Below, piece by piece: positions 51,140 to 63,100 of a DNA stretch of 64,000 nucleotides. The stretch covers positions 184,822,001 to 184,886,000 of the forward strand of contig OZ024742.1 of assembly GCA_964016885.1 (NCBI GenBank), given 5' to 3'. The notes beneath the pieces were generated by a model. The model worked only from the letters and a program-made list of their open reading frames with translations. It ran no database searches and was not told the origin of the DNA. Both the position numbers and the translations under genes were made by a program. Position 1 is the stretch's first letter, and each line of letters opens with the position of its first letter. Origin of the DNA: Eledone cirrhosa (Eukaryota).

Positions 51140-54100
51140 TTTAAGTTGGGGTTAAGTTAAGTTGGGGCTGAGTTAAGTTGGGGTTAAGTTAATTTGGGGT
51201 TGAGTTAAGTTGGGGTTAAGTTAAGTTGGGGTTAAGTTAAGTCGGGGTTAAGTTAAGTTGGGGTTAAGTTAAGTTGGGGTTAAGTTAAGTTGGGGTTAAG
51301 TTAAGTTGGGGTTAAGTTAAGTTGGGGTTAAGATAAGTTGGGGTTAAGTTAAGTTGGGGTTGAGTTAAGTTGGGGTTGAGTTAATTTGGGGTTAAGTTAA
51401 GTTGGGGTTAACTTAAGTTGGGGTTCAGTTAAGTTGGCGTTCAGTTAAGTTGCGGTGAAGTTAAGTTGGGGTTAACTTAAGTCGGGGTTAAGTTAAGTTG
51501 GGGTTAAGTTAAGTTGGGGTCAAGTTAAGTTGGGGTTAAGTTAAGTTGGGGTTATGTTAAGTTGGGGTTAAGTTGAGTTGGGGTTAAGTTAAGTCGCGGT
51601 TAAGTTAAGTTGGGGTTAAGTTAAGATGGGGTTAAGTTAAGTTGGGGTTAAGTTAAGTTGGGGTTAAGATAAGTTGGGGTTAAGTTAATTTGGGGTTGAG
51701 TTAAGTTGGGGTTGAGTTAATTGGGGTTAAGTTAAGTTGGGGTTGAGTTAAGTTGGGGTTGAGTTAAGTTGGGGTTGAGTTAAGTTGGGGTTACGTTAAG
51801 TTGGGGTTAAGTTAAGTTGGGGTTAAGTTAAGTTTAGGTTAACTTAAGTTGGGGTTAAGTTAAGTTGGGGTTAAGTTAAGTTGGGGCTAAGTTAAGTTGG
51901 GGCTAAGTTAAGTTGGGGTTAAGTTAAGGTGGGGTTTAGTTAAGTTGGGGTTAAGTTAAGTTGGGGTTGAGTTAAGTTGGGGTTGAGTTAAGTTGGGGTT
52001 GAGTTAAGTTGGGCTTGAGTTAAGTTGGGGTTGAGTTAAGTTGGGCTTATCTTAAGTTGGGGTTAATTTAAGATGGGGTTAAGTTAAGTTGGGGTTAAGT
52101 TAATTTGGGGTTAAGTTAAGTTGGGGTTAAGTTAAGTTGGGGTTATGTTAAGTTGGGGTTAAGTTAAGTTGGGGTTAAGTTAACTTGCTGTTAAGTTAAG
52201 TTGGGGCTCAGTTAAGTTGGGGTTGAGTTAAGTTGGGGTCAAGTTAAGTTGGGACTAAGCTAAGTTGGGGTTAAGTTAAGTTGGGGTTAAGTTAAGTTGG
52301 CGCTAAGTTAAGTGAAGGTTAAGTTAAGTTGGGGTTGAGTTAAGTTGGGGTTAAGTTAAGTTGGGGTTGAGTTAAGTTGGGGTTGAGTTAAGTTGGGGTT
52401 GAGTTAAGTTGGGGTTACGTTAAGTTGGGGTTAAGTTAAGTTGGGGTTAAGTTAAGTTTAGGTTAACTTAAGTTGGGGTTAAGTTAAGTTGGGGTTAAGT
52501 TAAGTTGGGGCTTAGTTAAGTTGGGGCTAAGTTAAGTTGGGGCTAAGTTAAGTTGGGGTTAAGTTAAGGTGGGGTTTAGTTAAGTTGGGGTTGAGTTAAG
52601 TTGGGGTTGAGTTAAGTTGGGGTTAAGTTAAGTTGGGGTTAAGTTAAGTTAGGGTTAACTTAAGTTGGGGTTAAGTTAAGTTGGGGTTGAGTTAAGTTGG
52701 GGTTTAATTAAGTTGGGGTTGAGTTAAGTTGGGGTTGAGTTAAGTTGGGGTTAAGTTAATTTGGGGTTAAGTTAAGTTGGGGTTAAGTTAAGTTGGGGTT
52801 ATGTTAAGTTGGGGTTAAGTTAAGTTGAGGTTAACTTAAGTTGGGGTTAAGTTAAGTTGGGGTTAAGTTAAGTTGGGGCTAAGTTAAGTTGGGGCTAAGT
52901 TAAGTTGGGGTTAAGTTAAGTTGGGGTTAAGTTAAGTTGGGGTCAACTTAAGTTGGGGCTAAGTTAAGTTGGGGTTAAGTTAAGTTGCGGCTAAGTTAAG
53001 TTGGGGTTAAGTTAAGTTGGGGTTAAATTAAGTTGGGGTCAACGTAAGTTGGGGTTAAGTTAAGTTGGGGTTAAGTTAATTTGGGGGTAAGTTAAGTTGG
53101 GGTTAAGTTAAGTTGGGGTTAAGTTAAGTTGGGGTTAAGTTAAGTTGGGGCTGAGTTAAGTTGGGGCTGTGTTAAGTTGGGTTTAGGTTAAGTTGGGGTT
53201 GAGTTAAGTTGGGGTTAAGTTAAGTTGGGGTTAATTTAAGTTGGGGTTAAGTTAAGTTGGGGCTGAGTTAAGTTGGGGTTAAGTTAAGTTGGGGTTGAGT
53301 TAAGTTGGGGTTAAGTTAAGTTGGGGTTAAGTTAAGTCGGGGTTAAGTTAAGTTGGGGTTAAGTTAAGTTGGGGTTAAGTTAAGTTGGGGTTAAGTTAAG
53401 TTGGGGTTAAGTTAAGTTGGGGTTAAGATAAGTTGGGGTTAAGTTAAGTTGGGGTTGAGTTAAGTTGGGGTTGAGTTAATTTGGGGTTAAGTTAAGTTGG
53501 GGTTAACTTAAGTTGGGGTTCAGTTAAGTTGGCGTTCAGTTAAGTTGCGGTGAAGTTAAGTTGGGGTTAACTTAAGTCGGGGTTAAGTTAAGTTGGGGTT
53601 AAGTTAAGTTGGGGTCAAGTTAAGTTGGGGTTAAGTTAAGTTGGGGTTATGTTAAGTTGGGGTTAAGTTAAGTTGGGGTTAAGTTAAGTCGGGTTTAAGT
53701 TAAGTTGGGGTTAAGTTAAGTTGGGGTTAAGTTAAGTTGGGGTCAAGTTAAGTTGGGGTTAAGTTAAGTTGGGGTTAAGTTAAGTCGCGGTTAAGTTAAG
53801 TTGGGATTAAGTTAAGATGGGGTTAAGTTAAGTTGGGGTTAAGTTAAGTTGGGGTTAAGATAAGTTGGGGTTAAGTTAAGTTGGGGTTGAGTTAAGTTGG
53901 GGTTGAGTTAATTGGGGTTAAGTTAAGTTGGGGTTAACTTAAGTTGGGTTTAAGTTAAGTTGGGGTTAAGTTAAGTTGGGGTTAAATTAAGTTGGGGTTA
54001 AGATAAGTTGGGGTTAAGTTAAGTCGGGGTTAAGTTAAGTCGGGGTTAAGTTAAGTTGGGGTTAAGTTAACTTGGTGTTAAGTTAAGTTGGGGCTCAGTT

Positions 54101-54179
54101 AAGTTGGGGTTGAGTTAAGTTGGGGTCAAGTTAAGTTGGGACTAAGCTAAGTTGGGGTTAAGTTAAGTTGGGGTTAAGT

Positions 54180-57100
54180 TAAGTTGGCGCTAAGTTAAGT
54201 GAAGGTTAAGTTAAGTTGGGGTTGAGTTAAGTTGGGGTTAATTTAAGTTGGGGTTGAGTTAAGTTGGGGTTGAGTTAAGTTGGGGTTGAGTTAAGTTGGG
54301 GTTACGTTAAGTTGGGGTTAAGTTGGGGTTAAGTTAAGTTTAGGTTAACTTAAGTTGGGGTTAAGTTAAGTTGGGGTTAAGTTAAGTTGGGGCTAAGTTA
54401 AGTTGGGGCTAAGTTAAGTTGGGGCTAAGTTAAGTTGGGGTTAAGTTAAGGTGGGGTTTAGTTAAGTTGGGGTTGAGTTAAGTTGGGGTTGAGTTAAGTT
54501 GGGGTTAAGTTAAGTTGGGGTTAAGTTAAGTTAGGGTTAACTTAAGTTGGGGTTAAGTTAAGTTGGGGTTGAGTTAAGTTGGGGTTTAATTAAGTTGGGG
54601 TTGAGTTAAGTTGGGGTTGAGTTAAGTTGGGCTTGAGTTAAGTTGGGGTTGAGTTAAGTTGGGCTTATCTTAAGTTGGGGTTAATTTAAGATGGGGTTAA
54701 GTTAAGTTGGGGTTAAGTTAATTTGGGGTTAAGTTAAGTTGGGGTTAAGTTAAGTTGGGGTTATGTTAAGTTGGGATTAAGTTAAGTTGAGGTTAACTTA
54801 AGTTGGGGTTAAGTTAAGTTGGGGTTAAGTTAAGTTGGGGCTAAGTTAAGTTGGGGCTAAGTTAAGTTGGGGTTAAGTTAAGTTGGGGTTAATTTAAGTT
54901 GGGGTCAACGTAAGTTGGGGTTAAGTTAAGTTGGGGTTAAGTTAATTTGGGGGTAAGTTAAGTTGGGGTTAATTTAAGTTGGGGTTAAGTTAAGTTGGGG
55001 TTAAGTTAAGTTGGGGCTGAGTTAAGTTGGGGCTGTGTTAAGTTGGGGTTAAGTTAAGTTGAGGTTAAGTTGGGGTTAAATTAAGTTGGGGTTAATTTAA
55101 GTTGGGGTTAAGTTAAGTTGGGTTTAGGTTAAGTTGGGGTTGAGTTAAGTTGGGGTTAAGTTAAGTTGGGGTTAATTTAAGTTGGGGTTAAGTTAAGTTG
55201 GGGCTGAGTTAAGTTGGGGTTAAGTTAAGTTGGGGTTGAGTTAAGTTGGGGTTAAGTTAAGTTGGGGTTAAGTTAAGTCGGGGTTAAGTTAAGTTGGGGT
55301 TAAGTTAAGTTGGGGTTAAGTTAAGTTGGGTTTAAGATAAGTTGGGGTTAAGTTAAGTTGGGGTTGAGTTAAGTTGGGGTTGAGTTAATTTGGGGTTAAG
55401 TTAAGTTGGGGTTCAGTTAAGTTGGCGTTCAGTTAAGTTGCGGTGAAGTTAAGTTGGGGTTAACTTAAGTCGGGGTTAAGTTAAGTTGGGGTCAAGTTAA
55501 GTTGGGGTTAAGTTAAGTTGGGGTTATGTTAAGTTGGGGTTAAGTTAAGTTGGGGTTAAGTTAAGTCGGGGTTAAGTTAAGTTGGGGTTAAGTTAATTGG
55601 GGTTAAGTTAAGTTGGGGTCAAGTTAAGTTGGGGTTAAGTTAAGTTAGGGTTAAGTTAAGCTTGGGTTAAATTAAGTTGGGGTTGAGTTAATTTGGGGTT
55701 GAGTTAAGTTGGGGTTGAGTTAAGTTGGGGTTAAGTTAAGTTGGGGTTAACTTAAGTTGGGGTTAAGTTAAGTTGGGGTCAATTTAAGTTGAGGTTAAGT
55801 TAACTTGGGATTAAGTTAAGTTGGGGTTAACTTAAATTGAGGTTAAGTTAAGTTGGGGTTAAGTTAAGTTGGGGGTAAGTTAAGTTGGGGGTAAGTTAAG
55901 TTTGGGTTAAGTTGGGGTTAAGTTAAGTTAGGGTTAAGTTACGTTGGGGTTGAGTTAAGTTGGGGTTAATTTAAATTGGGGTTAAGTTAACTTTGTGGTT
56001 AAGTTAAGTTGGGGTTAAGTTAAGTTGAGGTTAAGTTAATTTGAGGTTAAGTTAAGTTGGGGTTAAGTTAAGTTGGGGTTAAATTAAGCTGGGTTGAAGT
56101 TAAGTTGGGGTTAAGTTAAGTTGGGGTTAAGTTAAGTTGGGGTTGAGTTAAGTTGGGGTTAAGTTAAGTTGGGTTTAAGTTAAGTTGGGGTTAAGTTAAG
56201 TTGGGGTTAAGTTAAGGTGGGGTTAAGTTAAGTTGGGGTTAAGTTAAGTCGGGGTTAAGTTAAGTTGGGGTTAAGTTAAGTTGGGGTTAAATTAAGTTGG
56301 GGTTAAGTTAAGTTGGGGTTAAGATAAGTTGGGGTTAAGTTAAGTTGGGGTTGAGTTAAGTTGGGGTTGAGTTAATTTGGGGTTAAGTTAAGTTGGGGTT
56401 AACTTAAGTTGGGGTTAAGTTAAGTTGGCGTTCAGTTAAGTTGCGGTTAAGTTAAGTTGGGGTTAACTTAAGTCGGGGTTAAGTTAAGTTGGGGTTAAGT
56501 TAAGTTGGGGTCAAGTTAAGTTGGGGTTAAGTTAAGTTGGGGTTAAGTTAAGTTGGGGTTAAGTTAAGTCGGGGTTAAGTTAAGTTGGGGTTAAGTTAAG
56601 TTGGGGTTAAGTTAAGTTGGGGTCAAGTTAAGTTGGGGTTAAGTTAAGTTGGGGTTAAGTTAAGTTGGGGTTAAGTTAAGTCGCGGTTAGTTAAGTTGGG
56701 GTTAAGTTAAGATGGGGTTAAGTTAAGTTGTGGTTAAGTTAAGTTGGGGTTAAGATAAGTTGGGGTTAAGTTAAGTTGCGGTTGAGTTAAGTTAGGGTTG
56801 AGTTAATTGGGGTTAAGTTAAGTTGGGGCTAAGTTAAGTTGGGGCTAAGTTAAGTTGGGGCTAAGTTAAGTTGGGGTTAAGTTAAGGTGGGGTTTAGTTA
56901 AGTTGGGGTTGAGTTAAGTTGGGGTTGAGTTAAGTTGAGGTTAAGTTAAGTTGGGGTTAAGTTAAGTTAGGGTTAACTTAATTGGGGTTAAGTTAAGTTT
57001 AGGTTAACTTAAGTTGGGGTTAAGTTAAGTTGGGGTTAAGTTAAGTTGGGGCTAAGTTAAGTTGGGGCTAAGTTAAGTTGGGGCTAAGTTAAGTTGGGGT

Positions 57101-60100
57101 TAAGTTAAGGTGGGGTTTAGTTAAGTTGGGGTTGAGTTAAGTTGGGGTTGAGTTAAGTTAGGGTTAAGTTAAGTTGGGGTTAAGTTAAGTTAGGGTTAAC
57201 TTAAGTTGGGGTTAAGTTAAGTTGGGGTTGAGTTAAGTTGGGGTTTAATTAAGTTGGGGTTGAGTTAAGTTGGGGTTGAGTTAAGTTGGGCTTGAGTTAA
57301 GTTGGGGTTGAGTTAAGTTGGGCTTATCTTAAGTTGGGGTTAATTTAAGATGGGGTTAAGTTAAGTTGGGGTTAAGTTAATTTGGGGTTAAGTTAAGTTG
57401 GGGTTAAGTTAAGTTGGGGTTATGTTAAGTTGGGGTTAAGTTAAGTTGAGGTTAACTTAAGTTGGGGTTAAGTTAAGTTGGGGTTAAGTTAAGTTGGGGC
57501 TAAGTTAAGTTGGGGCTAAGTTAAGTTGGGGTTAAGTTAAGTTGGGGTTAAGTTAAGTTGGGGTCAACTTAAGTTGGGGCTAAGTTAAGTTGGGGTTAAG
57601 TTAAGTTGGGGCTAAGTTAAGTTGGAGTTAAGTTAAGTTGGGGTTAAATTAAGTTGGGGTCAACGTAAGTTGGGGTTAAGTTAAGTTGGGGTTAAGTTAA
57701 TTTGGGGGTAAGTTAAGTTGGGGTTAAGTTAAGTTGGGGTTAAGTTAAGTTGGGGTTAAGTTAAGTTGGGGCTGAGTTAAATTGGGGCTGTGTTAAGTTG
57801 GGGTTAAGTTAAGTTGGGGTTAAGTTAAGTTGGGGTTAAGTTAAGTTGGGGTTAAGTTGGGGTTAAATTAAGTTGGGGTTAATTTAAGTTGGGGTTAAGT
57901 TAAGTTGGGTTTAGGTTAAGTTGGGGTTGAGTTAAGTTGGGGTTAAGTTAAGTTGGGGTTAATTTAAGTTGGGGTTAAGTTAAGTTGGGGCTGAGTTAAG
58001 TTGGGGTTAAGTTAAGTTGGGGTTAAGTTAAGTTGGGGTTAAGTTAAGTTGGGGTCAAGTTAAGTTGGGGTTAAGTTAAGTTGGGGTTAAGATAAGTTGG
58101 GGTTAAGTTAAGTTGGGGTTGAGTTAAGTTGGGGTTGAGTTAATTTGGGGTTAAGTTAAGTTGGGGTTAACTTAAGTTGGGGTTCAGTTAAGTTGGCGTT
58201 CAGTTAAGTTGCGGTGAAGTTAAGTTGGGGTTAACTTAAGTCGGGGTTAAGTTAAGTTGGGGTTAAGTTAAGTTGGGGTGAAGTTAAGTTGGGGTTAAGT
58301 TAAGTTGGGGTTATGTTAAGTTGGCGTTCAGTTAAGTTGCGGTGAAGTTAAGTTGGGGTTAACTTAAGTCGGGGTTAAGTTAAGTTGGGGTTAAGTTAAG
58401 TTGGGGTCAAGTTAAGTTGGGGTTAAGTTAAGTTGGGGTTATGTTAAGTCGGGGTTAAGTTAAGTTGGGGTTAAGTTAAGTCGGGGTTAAGTTAAGTTGG
58501 GGTTAAGTTAATTGGGGGTAAGTTAAGTTTGGGTTAAGTTGGGGTTAAGTTAAGTTAGGGTTAAGTTACGTTGGGGTTGAGTTAAGTTGGGGTTAATTTA
58601 AATTGGGGTTAAGTTAATTTGAGGTTAAGTTAAGTTGGGGTTAAGTTAAGTTGGGGTTAAATTAAGCTGGGTTGAAGTTAAGTTGGGGTTAAGTTAAGTT
58701 GGGGTTAAGTTAAGTTGGGGTCAAGTTAAGTTGGGGTTAAGTTAAGTTAGGGTTAAGTTAAGCTTGGGTTAAATTAAGTTGGGGTTGAGTTAATTTGGGG
58801 TTGAGTTAAGTTGGGTTTAATTTAAATTGGGGTTAAGTTAACTTTGTGGTTAAGTTAAGTTGGGGTTAAGTTAAGTTGAGGTTAAGTTAATTTGAGGTTA
58901 AGTTAAGTTGGGGTTAAGTTAAGTTGGGGTTAAATTAAGCTGGGTTGAAGTTAAGTTGGGGTTAAGTTAAGTTGGGGTTAAGTTAAGTTGGGGTTGAGTT
59001 AAGTTGGGGTTAAGTTAAGTTGGGTTTAAGTTAAGTTGGGGTTAAGTTAAGTTGGGGTTAAGTTAAGGTGGGGTTATGTTAAGTTGGGGTTAAGTTAAGT
59101 CGGGGTTAAGTTAAGTTGGGGTTAAGTTAAGTTGGGGTTAAATTAAGTTGGGGTTAAGTTAAGTTGGGGTTAAGATAAGTTGGGGTTAAGTTAAGTTGGG
59201 GTTGAGTTAAGTTGGGGTTGAGTTAATTTGGGGTTAAGTTAAGTTGGGGTTAACTTAAGTTGGGGTTAAGTTAAGTTGGCGTTCAGTTAAGTTGCGGTTA
59301 AGTTAAGTTGGGGTTAACTTAAGTCGGGGTTAAGTTAAGTTGGGGTTAAGTTAAGTTGGGGTCAGGTTAAGTTGGGGTTAAGTTAAGTTGGGGTTAAGTT
59401 AAGTTGGGGTTAAGTTAAGTCGGGGTTAAGTTAAGTTGGGGTTAAGTTAAGTTGGGGTTAAGTTAAGTTGGGGTCAAGTTAAGTTGGGGTTAAGTTAAGT
59501 TGGGGTTAAGTTAAGTTGGGGTTAAGTTAAGTCGCGGTTAGTTAAGTTGGGGTTAAGTTAAGATGGGGTTAAGTTAAGTTGTGGTTAAGTTAAGTTGGGG
59601 TTAAGATAAGTTGGGGTTAACTTAAGTTGCGGTTGAGTTAAGTTGGCGCTAAGTTAAGTGAAGGTTAAGTTAAGTTGGGGTTGAGTTAAGTTGGGGTTAA
59701 TTTAAGTTGGGGTTGAGTTAAGTTGGGGTTGAGTTAAGTTGGGGTTGAGTTAAGTTGGGGTTACGTTAAGTTGGGGTTAAGTTAAGTTGGGGTTAAGTTA
59801 AGTTTAGGTTAACTTAAGTTGGGGTTAAGTTAAGTTGGGGTTAAGTTAAGTTGGGGCTAAGTTAAGTTGGGGCTAAGTTAAGTTGGGGCTAAGTTAAGTT
59901 GGGGTTAAGTTAAGGTGGGGTTTAGTTAAGTTGGGGTTGAGTTAAGTTGGGGTTGAGTTAAGTTGGGGTTAAGTTAAGTTGGGGTTAAGTTAAGTTAGGG
60001 TTAACTTAAGTTGGGGTTAAGTTAAGTTGGGGTTGAGTTAAGTTGGGGTTTAATTAAGTTGGGGTTGAGTTAAGTTGGGGTTGAGTTAAGTTGGGCTTGA

Positions 60101-63100
60101 GTTAAGTTGGGGTTGAGTTAAGTTGGGCTTATCTTAAGTTGGGGTTAATTTAAGATGGGGTTAAGTTAAGTTGGGGTTAAGTTAATTTGGGGTTAAGTTA
60201 AGTTGGGGTTAAGTTAAGTTGGGGTTATGTTAAGTTGGGGTTAAGTTAAGTTGAGGTTAACTTAAGTTGGGGTTAAGTTAAGTTGGGGTTAAGTTAAGTT
60301 GGGGCTAAGTTAAGTTGGGGCTAAGTTAAGTTGGGGTTAAGTTAAGTTGGGGTTAAGTTAAGTTGGGGTCAACGTAAGTTGGGGTTAAGTTAAGTTGGGG
60401 TTAAGTTAATTTGGGGGTAAGTTAAGTTGGGGTTAATTTAAGTTGGGGTTAAGTTAAGTTGGGGTTAAGTTAAGTTGGGGCTGAGTTAAGTTGGGGCTGT
60501 GTTAAGTTGGGGTTAAGTTAAGTTGAGGTTAAGTTGGGGTTAAATTAAGTTGGGGTTAATTTAAGTTGGGGTTAAGTTAAGTTGGGTTTAGGTTAAGTTG
60601 GGGTTGAGTTAAGTTGGGGTTAAGTTAAGTTGGGGTTAATTTAAGTTGGGGTTAAGTTAAGTTGGGGCTGAGTTAAGTTGGGGTTAAGTTAAGTTGGGGT
60701 TGAGTTAAGTTGGGGTTAAGTTAAGTTGGGGTTAAGTTAAGTCGGGGTTAAGTTAAGTTGGGGTTAAGTTAAGTTGGGGTTAAGTTAAGTTGGGTTTAAG
60801 ATAAGTTGGGGTTAAGTTAAGTTGGGGTTGAGTTAAGTTGGGGTTGAGTTAATTTGGGGTTAAGTTAAGTTGGGGTTAACTTAAGTTGGGGTTCAGTTAA
60901 GTTGGCGTTCAGTTAAGTTGCGGTGAAGTTAAGTTGGGGTTAACTTAAGTCGGGGTTAAGTTAAGTTGGGGTCAAGTTAAGTTGGGGTTAAGTTAAGTTG
61001 GGGTTATGTTAAGTTTGGGTTAAGTTAAGTTGGGGTTAAGTTAAGTCGGGGTTAAGTTAAGTTGGGGTTAAGTTAATTGGGGTTAAGTTAAGTTGGGGTC
61101 AAGTTAAATTGGGGTTAAGTTAAGTTAGGGTTAAGTTAAGCTTGGGTTAAATTAAGTTGGGGTTGAGTTAATTTGGGGTTGAGTTAAGTTGGGGTTGAGT
61201 TAAGTTGGGGTTAAGTTAAGTTGGGGTTAACTTAAGTTGGGGTTAAGTTAAGTTGGGGTCAATTTAAGTTGAGGTTAAGTTAACTTGGGATTAAGTTAAG
61301 TTGGGGTTAACTTAAATTGAGGTTAAGTTAAGTTGGGGTTAAGTTAAGTTGGGGGTAAGTTAAGTTGGGGGTAAGTTAAGTTTGGGTTAAGTTGGGGTTA
61401 AGTTAAGTTAGGGTTAAGTTACGTTGGGGTTGAGTTAAGTTGGGGTTAATTTAAATTGGGGTTAAGTTAACTTTGTGGTTAAGTTAAGTTGGGGTTAAGT
61501 TAAGTTGAGGTTAAGTTAATTTGAGGTTAAGTTAAGTTGGGGTTAAGTTAAGTTGGGGTTAAATTAAGCTGGGTTGAAGTTAAGTTGGGGTTAAGTTAAG
61601 TTGGGGTTAAGTTAAGTTGGGGTTGAGTTAAGTTGGGGTTAAGTTAAGTTGGGTTTAAGTTAAGTTGGGGTTAAGTTAAGTTGGGGTTAAGTTAAGGTGG
61701 GGTTAAGTTAAGTTGGGGTTAAGTTAAGTCGGGGTTAAGTTAAGTTGGGGTTAAGTTAAGTTGGGGTTAAATTAAGTTGGGGTTAAGTTAAGTTGGGGTT
61801 AAGATAAGTTGGGGTTAAGTTAAGTTGGGGTTGAGTTAAGTTGGGGTTGAGTTAATTTGGGGTTAAGTTAAGTTGGGGTTAACTTAAGTTGGGGTTAAGT
61901 TAAGTTGGCGTTCAGTTAAGTTGCGGTTAAGTTAAGTTGGGGTTAACTTAAGTCGGGGTTAAGTTAAGTTGGGGTTAAGTTAAGTTGGGGTCAAGTTAAG
62001 TTGGGGTTAAGTTAAGTTGGGGTTAAGTTAAGTTGGGGTTAAGTTAAGTCGGGGTTAAGTTAAGTTGGGGTTAAGTTAAGTTGGGGTTAAGTTAAGTTGG
62101 GGTCAAGTTAAGTTGGGGTTAAGTTAAGTTGGGGTTAAGTTAAGTTGGGGTTAAGTTAAGTCGCGGTTAGTTAAGTTGGGGTTAAGTTAAGATGGGGTTA
62201 AGTTAAGTTGTGGTTAAGTTAAGTTGGGGTTAAGATAAGTTGGGGTTAAGTTAAGTTGCGGTTGAGTTAAGTTAGGGTTGAGTTAATTGGGGTTAAGTTA
62301 AGTTGGGGCTAAGTTAAGTTGGGGCTAAGTTAAGTTGGGGCTAAGTTAAGTTGGGGTTAAGTTAAGGTGGGGTTTAGTTAAGTTGGGGTTGAGTTAAGTT
62401 GGGGTTGAGTTAAGTTGGGGTTAAGTTAAGTTGGGGTTAAGTTAAGTTAGGGTTAACTTAATTGGGGTTAAGTTAAGTTTAGGTTAACTTAAGTTGGGGT
62501 TAAGTTAAGTTGGGGTTAAGTTAAGTTGGGGCTAAGTTAAGTTGGGGCTAAGTTAAGTTGGGGCTAAGTTAAGTTGGGGTTAAGTTAAGGTGGGGTTTAG
62601 TTAAGTTGGGGTTGAGTTAAGTTGGGGTTGAGTTAAGTTAGGGTTAAGTTAAGTTGGGGTTAAGTTAAGTTAGGGTTAACTTAAGTTGGGGTTAAGTTAA
62701 GTTGGGGTTGAGGTAAGTTGGGGTTTAATTAAGTTGGGGTTGAGTTAAGTTGGGGTTGAGTTAAGTTGGGCTTGAGTTAAGTTGGGGTTGAGTTAAGTTG
62801 GGCTTATCTTAAGTTGGGGTTAATTTAAGATGGGGTTAAGTTAAGTTGGGGTTAAGTTAATTTGGGGTTAAGTTAAGTTGGGGTTAAGTTAAGTTGGGGT
62901 TATGTTAAGTTGGGGTTAAGTTAAGTTGAGGTTAACTTAAGTTGGGGTTAAGTTAAGTTGGGGTTAAGTTAAGTTGGGGCTAAGTTAAGTTGGGGCTAAG
63001 TTAAGTTGGGGTTAAGTTAAGTTGGGGTTAAGTTAAGTTGGGGTCAACTTAAGTTGGGGCTAAATTAAGTTGGGGTTAAGTTAAGTTGGGGCTAAGTTAA

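Larger units (their letters stand above)
1..59640 (+). repeat. Super-repeat of about 30.7-31 kb: the first half of the window recurs, with internal rearrangements, from approx. 30760
   Basis: Marker pairs: TTATG after CTGGGTTGAAG 395/31172 and TCAAA 810/31587 (offset 30777); AAGCTT 4957/35687 and ATAATGTGG 5657/36387 (30730); lines 21301-22501 match 51961-53161 nearly column for column (30660); GGGGTGAAG 27268/58280 (31012); TCAGG 28431/59363 (30932). Confidence 0.85.
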
